Positions 13,692 through 64,000 of a stretch of 64,000 bases of DNA are shown one piece after another. The notes under the pieces are model-generated. The model ran no database searches. It was not told the origin of the DNA and saw nothing but the letters and a program-made list of their open reading frames with translations. Both the position numbers and the translations under genes were made by a program. This DNA is from Paraspadella gotoi. Lineage: Eukaryota > Animalia > Chaetognatha. The DNA is taken from NCBI GenBank assembly GCA_051294375.1, contig JBJCIZ010000239.1:277861-341860 (forward strand). Direction: 5' to 3'. Positions within the stretch are counted from its first letter, which is position 1. Every line of letters begins with the position of its first letter.

Positions 13692-14888
13692 AGCTTTCTC
13701 CCGGACCCGCAAGCCGTCCACCGAGGGCACAAGCAGGCGCGGCGGCTTTGCTGACCGACTCACTTCTCCTTCCGGGCTTTCTCGCTCGGCATTTCGGGGA
13801 GATTTTCTTTCTCTCTCGATGTTGGAGCCGGGCTCTTCTTCGGTTCGAAGTTTCCGGACGGTTTACGGGCCCCGGATCTTCTCTCTCTCTATCGCTTCTT
13901 TCTCTTGGCTCTCTCTCTCTATTCCGTTCTCTTTATCTGCGTCTCTATTTCTCTTATTTTTTTTTAAATATTAATATTTTATGCATCCTACACTCTTTAT
14001 TTGTCATTCATAATAGGTATTTATTACAAATAAACTAAAATAAAACATTAAACTTTTTAAAAAAAATTTCTACTTTATTTAATGTTTTAATTTATGTTAT
14101 TTTGGTTTGGTCTTTCAATTTCAAGTATTTTTATATAGAGCAAGATTAAAATACAACAAACTAGTAACTACATTTCTTTTCATTTCAATATTCTTTCCAT
14201 TATTCATGACATTTAATTTTTACGATTTTACAATAATAGTTTAGTTTTTTGTAAAAATTAAATCTCTCTCTTTTTACTATAAGAAACGAACACATTTTAC
14301 GTGAAAGTTTATCTCGATGCAAGTAAATTTATTTGTTATTTTGTAATATTTAGAATAATTTTTTCATCCCAAACAGTTGCTAAAGTATTTCAGGAAAAGT
14401 ACATTTATTAAGGTTAAAAAATATATTTCTTATAAAATAGAAGGTTCATGACCTTCTTGGTAGAGAACAAAATTGTGATCTAAATTTAATATTTATTTTC
14501 CATCTTTCTTTTCTTTCTTTCCTTCTTCTTCCTTTCTTTTTCTTCTTTCTTTTCCGAATAATTTCTTTTCTTTCATATTATATTCTTGCCTTAATTTTTC
14601 AAAAAAGAGCCTTATCTCCTTAAATAAAAAACTCCCAGATCGGATTTTCGCTCGGAGGCAGAGAGAAGACGAGAGCGTAAGGAAGAGAGGAGAAAAAGAG
14701 GAAGTCAGTCGCTGCGGGGCTCGGATCGGATCGATTGCAGCCGCGCGCGGATCCGGGAGATAAGAGGGTAATGATAAGAGAAGAGGAGTAAGATGAACGC
14801 CGAGCGAAGTTCAGTCGAAGGCAGGGAGCAGGCCGCTTCGGCCCGCGGCGGGGCTGCTCCCGGAGGGCTTGCGTGATACAGAGGCATC
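13692..14888 (-). CDS. Paralogous IR-like exon pair (~14637-14888 and ~13692-13880)
   Basis: Clear nucleotide similarity to 25241-25617 and 23735-23910 (shared GGCTGCTCCCGG, GCGGATCCG, GCCGTCCACCG, TCACTTCTCCTTCCGGGCTT); the intervening introns show no obvious similarity. Confidence 0.5.
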
Positions 14889-15047
14889 CTGAGTTAGCCA
14901 TGAGAGAGGGAGAGTGAGTCAAGGAGTTTGAGAGAGAGAAGCAAGAAGAGAAGAGAAGTGAGATAGAGAGACCCACGTCTTCAAGATCAGAATTTAAAAA
15001 ACTGGTTGGCATCAGCTCTTGTATGAAACACGAACACCGGATGCCTA

Positions 15048-15528
15048 CTATCTAGGAAAAAAAGTATATAACATTTTTAATAAAGGATATCTATTCAAAA
15101 ACTTGTTTTATTTAAAAGAAATCAAAATGTTTCCGGACTTACATTGAATTTCCTTTCAGTAGCTTCCATCCATTTTTGTGTAGGCCAAAAAATACTGTTA
15201 CTTCAAATAAAAAATAAATATTTTTTATTTTTTATTTTTAGTATTTAGTTATTTGTTTTTATTTCGAATAGAGTTAATTATTTATTTTTTTTTAATTTGG
15301 CAATGCAAAAGGCCTTGCATCCCTCAGGTCTGAAAAAAATTGCGTTAAAGATGCGGAAAATCATTTCACTGTCATACCTCAATTTGCTGTATGAGAGCAT
15401 GCCCAGACAAATGCAGGCAGTAATCAATGCCGTGGAAGGGCATACCAAATATTAAGAATGTTTTACCCTTGTTTTGGTTACTTTTTATTGGATAAATGAA
15501 TTATGTTATATACTTTTTTTCTAGATAG
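15048..15528 (+). mobile_element. Internally deleted Tc1-like transposon
   Basis: 26-27-bp TIRs CTATCTAG(G)AAAAAAAGTATATAACAT flanked by TA; 15330-15455 encodes LKKIALK...LLYESMPRQMQAVINAVEGHTKY*, the typical Tc1 transposase C-terminus. Confidence 0.88.
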
Positions 15529-15587
15529 TACAAGGCTTGATAACAATGATTGTATTAATAGTTAAGGGAGTGGTCCTTTTATACAAT

Positions 15588-15800
15588 TGAAACTTAATGT
15601 TATATCACTTCAATAATAGGGAAGCCAGGTGCTCTGGGAGTGAATAAACAAGACAGTGAGAGAGTGTGGCTTGAAAGCTTGCCGGGTCCTGCTATCTTAT
15701 TATCTTGTAAGAGTGATGAAGGCCAATATCCAAAGTCAGGGGCAAGATGGCTTATTTATTAAATGAATGGAAAATTATTATATTGGTTGTACCAGTTTCA
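15588..15800. repeat. Dispersed ~215-bp repeat family A (TGAAA...TTTCA ends; candidate solo LTR or MITE)
   Basis: Aligns with 41824-42041 (same orientation) and with 22823-22962 and 52068-52288 (reverse). Confidence 0.75.
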
Positions 15801-16993
15801 TATTGATTATATAGTTTATTTGGCACCTTTTGGTAAAATTACGATTGGTAGCCATATAAGCAGTCATTAATGTTATGTGAAAATTGATTGGGTTGGCAGC
15901 AGCCCCGGTAAGAAACGGGATCGTCAAGTTTCCTCATTAACATTACAATTTTTTTTTTTTTTCGCTTTTCGTAATAGCGTAAAATCGCCAACGTCATTAA
16001 TTTCGTTAATGGCGTAAAATTAAAAGAATAACTGGTGGATAAGATTAAGAGCTGGAGAACGGCGAACCTCGGAATAAGGATGACTTCGACGAGGAGAAGA
16101 ATTCTGAGAAAAATCGAATCCGCTCTCGTTGTATTGAATCTGTTCAGGAGGAGGAGGAGGAGGAGGAGGATGAACAATTGAACATTGAACAGGTGTCGGC
16201 CATCTTGAAATCGACTAATATTCTTGGTTGAACTTTAGATTTGGAAATGTACTTTAGGAAGCATAACTATTTTTTTTTTGCCACGAATATCCTCAGTTTA
16301 AAACGCAAAATGATATTTAACAGTTCAAAAACTTGGCCTTATTTTCTAAGAATTCTCCATTTCATCTTGAATGCGGCTGTAGGTTAATTAAGTTAGTGAT
16401 TAATTTTAAGTATTTCATTTGTGATTACAGATAAATATAAATAATAAATATTAATATATAAATATAAAATTATATATTACAATATAGTGGTAAGGTAGGT
16501 GTTAGGGTTTGGTTTATTACATATTTAANNNNNNNNNNGTATTGAATCTGTTCAAGAGGAGAAGGAGGAAGAGGAGGAGGAGGAGGAGGAGGAGGAGGAG
16601 GATGAACATTGAACAATTGAACATTGAACAGGTGTCAGCCATCTTGAAATCGACTAATATTCTTGACTGAACTTTAGATTTTGAAATGTACTTTAAGAAG
16701 CATAACTGATTTTCTTTTGCCTCGAATATCCTCAGTTTAAAACGCAAAATGATATTTAACAGTTTCAAAAATATTTAAATAAAATATAAAATATTTAACA
16801 GGTTCAAAAACTGGGCCTTATTTTCTCAGAATTCTCCATTTCATCTTGAATTCGGCTGTAGGTTAATTAAGTTAGTGATTAATGTTAAGTATTTTATTTG
16901 TGATTACAGTTAGAGATTTGCGTTAGGGACTTGCATTTAAGGTTAAAAGTAAAGGATAAATATAAATAATAAAAATTAATATATAAATATAAA

Positions 16994-17190
16994 GACAGTT
17001 TGAGTTTAGTTTTGACAACGATTTTATTTTATTGTAAAACAGATATGTTTCGGCTTCATTTCAAGCCTTCAACGCTGATGAAGGCTTGAAATGAAGCCGA
17101 AACATATCTGTTTTACAATAAAATAAAATCGTTGTCAAAACTAAACTCAAACTGTCTCTAATCTAATCGAAAAGAAAGGATTTATATCAC
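16994..17190 (+). mobile_element. Penelope-like element remnant: inverted pseudo-LTR fragment with a 16-bp target-site duplication
   Basis: 79-bp perfect inverted repeat (16993-17071 / 17079-17157); flanked by AATATATAAATATAAA at 16978-16993 and 17191-17206; absent from the adjacent duplicate segment (empty site ~16453-16468). Confidence 0.8.
17071..17112 (+). ncRNA. Minimal type I hammerhead ribozyme motif
   Basis: AACG-CTGATGA-A-GGCTT(GAAATG)AAGCC-GAAA-CATATC-TGTT: core boxes, 5-bp stem II, stem I AACG/TGTT, minimal stem III, predicted cleavage after ATC (17108). Confidence 0.7.
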
Positions 17191-17354
17191 AATATATAAA
17201 TATAAAATTATATATTACAATATAGTAGTAAGGTAGGTATTAAGGTTTGCTTTATTACATATTTAAATTAAATATTAAGATTTAAATTATATTTTTTCAT
17301 AATGAAATGAAATGGGGCACTTTCGGAAAATAGAGCTCATTTTTATTCAACCTA

Positions 17355-17820
17355 CCGACCCCTACCGTCCTTCGAGTNNNNNNNNNNNNNNNNNNNNNNN
17401 NNNNNNNNNNNNNNNNNNNNNNNNNNNNNNNNNNNNNNNNNNNNNNNNNNNNNNNNNNNNNNNNNNNNNNNNNNNNNNNNNNNNNNNNNNNNNNNNNNNN
17501 NNNNNNNNNNNNNNNNNNNNNNNNNNNNNNNNNNNNNNNNNNNNNNNNNNNNNNNNNNNNNNNNNNNNNNNNNNNNNNNNNNNNNNNNNNNNNNNNNNNN
17601 NNNNNNNNNNNNNNNNNNNNNNNNNNNNNNNNNNNNNNNNNNNNNNNNNNNNNNNNNNNNNNNNNNNNNNNNNNNNNNNNNNCTCCCTCTGTCTGTCAAA
17701 TCGAGACGGAATTTTCTCCTCGTTTTTTCGACGAGAAAAACTTGAGTGACTGAAATAAAAACATTATTTAATACAAATTGTTTTTTTTTTATTAAAATAT
17801 AAGACAAATATATTATTTTT

Positions 17821-17851
<31 letters not shown>

Positions 17852-20315
17852 NNNNNNNNNNNNNNNNNNNNNNNNNNNNNNNNNNNNNNNNNNNNNNNNN
17901 NNNNNNNNNNNNNNNNNNNNNNNNNNNNNNNNNNNNNNNNNNNNNNNNNNNNNNNNNNNNNNNNNNNNNNNNNNNNNNNNNNNNNNNNNNNNNNNNNNNN
18001 NNNNNNNNNNNNNNNNNNNNNNNNNNNNNNNNNNNNNNNNNNNNNNNNNNNNNNNNNNNNNNNNNNNNNNNNNNNNNNNNCCCCCCTCTCTTTCTTTTCA
18101 TTCGCTCACCTCTCTAAAAGTATCAAAAAAGGGTCAGCCTTTGGGGCCTCAAGGTCACCCGAGTTCCAAAAGGTCAAAAAAGTTTCTGTAGATGGAAAAA
18201 GTCGTCGCCGACTTTGGTCGCGAGAGCCTTTCAACAAGAAAAGAAAAATAAGGAAAAAAAAGGTGAAGAAAAAAAAAGGAAATGGTGAGGAAAAAGATAG
18301 AAAGAAGTAGGATAGAAAGAAAGAAATTTAGGAAGAAATAGAGAAGGAAAGAAAGAAAGAAGAAAACGTATGAAAAATGAAAGATAGAGAAAGAGAATGC
18401 AAAGTAATGTGATGCAAAAAAAAAGAAAGAAAGAAATTAAGAAGAAGAGATCGTAAGATAAATAGAAAGAAAAAATGACAGGAAGAAGAAAATAAAGGAA
18501 AAGACACAAAGAAAGAAGAAAAGAAAAAGTCAAAAGAAAATGAAAGATAAAAAAAACGAAAGAAAAAAAATAAGAAAGACAGAAATAACAAAATAAAGAC
18601 ATAATAACACATTGAAATAAAGATATAAAGAAAGAAAGAAACAAAATAAAAAAAAGTAAAATGAAGGCGGGAAAAAAAAAAAAACGAAAAGAAAAAAAAA
18701 AAGAATCTGATCGAGACAAAATTTCCTCGCGAGAGTTCACTGAATCCTCCTTTCTTGGACCTTCGATAAGGAAAAAAAGAGGAGTCGGGAGAAAATATGA
18801 AATAAGGGAAAATGGAAAGGAAAAAATATAAGGAAAAAAAAAAAAAAAAAAAACTAACAAAATAAAACGAAAAAAATAACAGAAATTATATTGTTCTGTA
18901 TAGATGCCCTCCCTCTATTTCCTAAAAGACAACACTAACATCCCTCTCCCCATTTACCATATCAAAAGAATTATAACTTATTAAAGAATATAATTAAATC
19001 TAATATATAGAGAAATTTAATTTTTTTTTACATTTATTTTTTACATTTTAATATAAANNNNNNNNNNNNNNNNNNNNNNNNNNNNNNNNNNNNNNNNNNN
19101 NNNNNNNNNNNNNNNNNNNNNNNNNNNNNNNNNNNNNNNNNNNNNNNNNNNNNNNNNNNNNNNNNNNNNNNNNNNNNNNNNNNNNNNNNNNNNNNNNNNN
19201 NNNNNNNNNNNNNNNNNNNNNNNNNNNNNNNNNNNNNNNNNNNNNNNNNNNNNNNNNNNNNNNNNNNNNNNNNNNNNNNNNNNNNNNNNNNNNNNNNNNN
19301 NNNCACCAAATATAAGCTGCATTAGATTTTGGGTCGTGTTATCGATTTTTAACGTGATCACGAGACTTCAAAAGTATGATATATATGCACTAAGGCGAAG
19401 TGAAAGTTGCAGTTCATGAACAGTCTTGTACTAACGAACAATGATATATAAAAAAAAAATAATTTCTCAATTTTTGCATACGCCCATATTTATACCTAGT
19501 ACTTAACATAAAAAAGTTTTGAAAGCAGATTCGAATTCCTCATAAAAAGTTGATAAAAGAAAATATAAGTCTTAATAAAAAAAATCTTTCATTAAGTTAG
19601 CTAAAAATTAATAAAACTATATTTTTTATACTAAAATTAAAATATAGGTTAACGATAGCAGTTTTTTGGGATTTTGACCCACTTAATAAAATAATTTTTT
19701 AAAAAGAGTTATATTTCTTTTTATTAACTTTTCGTCAGGAATTCGAATCTGCTTTCAAAAATAAGAAAAATCTATTTTAAAATTTAAACATTTTCTATGG
19801 TAAGTACTATGCATAAATATAGACGTGTGCGAAAATTGAGAAATGAAAAAAAAATTATATATCAATGTTCACAGGTAAAAGCCTGTTCATGATCTACTAT
19901 TTGAATTTTGATTCTACTTGATTTTGATATTTTTGCTACGCTTTAATATGCACAAAGGTCTTATGATGCCTTACCTTCATTCCAAATATGTACTTAATTG
20001 CTAAAGCATTAACCAAATTTTAAGCATTTTTAACGAAAGTTGGACAGAAATACCGACCGACCGACTGAAAAGTGACTCATAGAGTCGCTCAACTAAAACT
20101 ATCAAATCACAAACAGAAAATCGAGAAGAAAAAAAAGAAAATAGAAACGAATATAGAGAGATGTAGGAAAGACTAGATATAGATTATAGATGGACTAGAG
20201 GCTGAGATCGATCTAGACTAAAGACTAGAGATGGATTAGAGACTAGAGATGGATTAGCGATGGATTACAGATGACTTCCATCTCGTCCTCGGGGAAAAAA
20301 GATCGTACCAACACC
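17355..20315 (-). CDS. Candidate small downstream exons (~20270-20315, ~18708-18760, ~18110-18228, ~17355-17749): divergent IFT88 C-terminus or a separate gene
   Basis: GC-richer patches with AG acceptors, mostly GT donors and open frames (e.g. SRDQSRRRLFPSTETFLTFWNSGDLEAPKADPFLILLE); no recognisable homology; interrupted by N gaps. Confidence 0.3.
19413..19892. mobile_element. Old foldback/MITE with long degenerate inverted arms; related fragment at ~24570-24740
   Basis: TCATGAACAG..TTTTGAAAGCAGATTCGAATTCCT is mirrored by AGGAATTCGAATCTGCTTTCAAAA..CTGTTCATGA. Confidence 0.65.
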
Positions 20316-21374
20316 TTTGTTAGTTTGTTTTTTTTTAAAGCTCAGACTTATTTTCTTTGACTTAAATTCAATTGTATTGTTTCAAATAATTTTAGAATAA
20401 CATGTGTACTACNNNNNNNNNNNNNNNNNNNNNNNNNNNNNNNNNNNNNNNNNNNNNNNNNNNNNNNNNNNNNNNNNNNNNNNNNNNNNNNNNNNNNNNN
20501 NNNNNNNNNNNNNNNNNNNNNNNNNNNNNNNNNNNNNNNNNNNNNNNNNNNNNNNNNNNNNNNNNNNNNNNNNNNNNNNNNNNNNNNNNNNNNNNNNNNN
20601 NNNNNNNNNNNNNNNNNNNNNNNNNNNNNNNNNNNNNNNNNNNNNNNNNNNNNNNNNNNNNNNNNNNNNNNNNNNNNNNNNNNNNNNNNNNNNNNNNNNN
20701 NNNNNNNNNNNNNNNNNNNNNNNNNNNNNNNNNNNNNNNNNNNNNNNNNAAAACCCCCAACGTTTCGTCGGTTGGAAATCGAGGTAACCACGTTGGGTTT
20801 TTTTTTTCGAAATGAATTATGCAAAACGTTTTGTGGCCTCAACTCAATCATCGGCTTTTGCTTATTTCGAGTCACCGAGTTTTCCCCCTTTTATTTTTCT
20901 TTTTCTCCTTTTTTTTTTTCTTTTCTGTTCCCGCTCTTGTTCCTTCTCCCTTTGCTATGATAGCCTTACTTACCCAATACCATTACTAACCCAAAACCCT
21001 TACTCACCCGANNNNNNNNNNNNNNNNNNNNNNNNNNNNNNNNNNNNNNNNNNNNNNNNNNNNNNNNNNNNNNNNNNNNNNNNNNNNNNNNNNNNNNNNN
21101 NNNNNNNNNNNNNNNNNNNNNNNNNNNNNNNNNNNNNNNNNNNNNNNNNNNNNNNNNNNNNNNNNNNNNNNNNNNNNNNNNNNNNNNNNNNNNNNNNNNN
21201 NNNNNNNTACTCACCCGAAACCCTTACTCACCCAGTAGCCTCACCTGCTCCCGCTCTTGTTCCTTCTCCCTTTGCTCTGATACCCTTACTCACCCAATAC
21301 CATTACNNNNNNNNNNNNNNNNNNNNNNNNNNNNNNNNNNNNNNNNNNNNNNNNNACTCACCCAGCAGCCTCAC

Positions 21375-63181
<41,807 letters not shown>

Positions 63182-64000
63182 TTTTTCTTTTTTCTTTCTT
63201 TTTTTTTTAAATTCTTTCTTTTTTCTTTTCCCCTTTTGTTTCTTTTTATTCTCTTTTTCTCATCCTTTTTCTTTCTTTTTTTTTTTTAAACTTTTTTTTC
63301 CCGGGCTCGAGTTATCGGAAACCTTTAAACCTGTGTAAAAAAAAACAACGAGTCTCTCTTTTTCTTTCTTCTCTATTTTATTCTTCCTCTCTATTTATCT
63401 TCTCTCTTTTGTTTCGCCTAATTTTTAATGACTTTTAACAGGTTTTTAAAAGAGGAAAAAAACAGAGAGAGAGAGAGAGAGAGAGAGATCGATAACGATT
63501 TAAATGAAATACATAATTATTAAATAATAATTAAGAGTTAATTATCTATTGTTTTAAATATTCATTTATTTATAAGTTGTTGAGAGAGAAAAGCGCGACT
63601 TTGATTCTTTTATTTTTGTTCAGAAAACCGAAACATTTCCTGTTTTTTTGTTTAATTTTTCATTGAAAGCTTCTTTATTTTATTTATTTACGCTTTTCTG
63701 CTGATAAGCAGATCCCGACTCTATAATCCACTTTGTCGGTCCGTCGGTCCCACCCCCAAAAACTTATCAATAAATCATTTTTATCACATCAGAACCTCAA
63801 ATTATGATAAATTAAAATGATGCAAGTGGAAAATATGATGCAAGTTGAAAAAAATTATCTTTACTTTATTTGTAATTATTTCTACATACAGTTCAGTTTA
63901 ATCCGTTGCAAGCGATTTACATGTATTGGCGCAGCCAGAGTGGTGTGGAATGGTTAAATTGAAAGAATTATCGTGATTTATCATCAGATTAGCTGATTAC

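Larger units (their letters stand above)
16813..17337. mobile_element. Family D element hosting the Penelope-like insertion
   Basis: GGGCCTTATTTTCTCAGAATTCTCCATTTCATC ... AATGGGGCACTTTCGGAAAATAGAGC. Confidence 0.5.

Noticed and set aside
16020-16205. Proline-rich terminal coding exon (WPTPVQCSIVHPPPP…LFF*)
   Set aside because: The neighbouring duplicate has a 7-nt insertion that breaks this frame, so coding status is unsupported
18700-18712. Non-canonical (GA/AT) splice donor suggesting unusual intron rules
   Set aside because: A single uncertain exon; all confidently identified IFT88 introns are GT-AG

Overview
Eukaryotic DNA, probably from an arthropod: AT-rich, full of microsatellites, and from a gappy assembly that mixes accurate segments with indel-ridden long-read segments. 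Nearly all ORFs in the supplied track come from (AG)n/(TTTC)n repeats or N runs. The main gene is intraflagellar transport protein 88 (IFT88/nompB) on the minus strand. About 18 GT-AG exons can be traced from the ATG at 63181 down to at least 21375, and three of them are duplicated across a 25-N gap. The first ~10 kb holds noisy plus-strand exons of a Sidestep/nephrin-type Ig+FN3 protein. Noisy minus-strand exons resembling a divergent ionotropic receptor (IR/iGluR family) lie inside IFT88 and appear interleaved with one of its exons; a paralogous exon pair lies at 13.7-14.9 kb. Mobile DNA includes a 197-bp Penelope-like insertion (79-bp perfect hairpin, minimal hammerhead ribozyme core, 16-bp TSD), two Tc1/mariner derivatives, many DINE-1/Helentron-like copies, a TIR element carrying TTAGGG-like arrays, and a ~215-bp TG..CA repeat. 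At three places an intron begins with tandem copies of the preceding exon end plus its splice donor. All homology calls come from reading and remembered family motifs; no searches were run.
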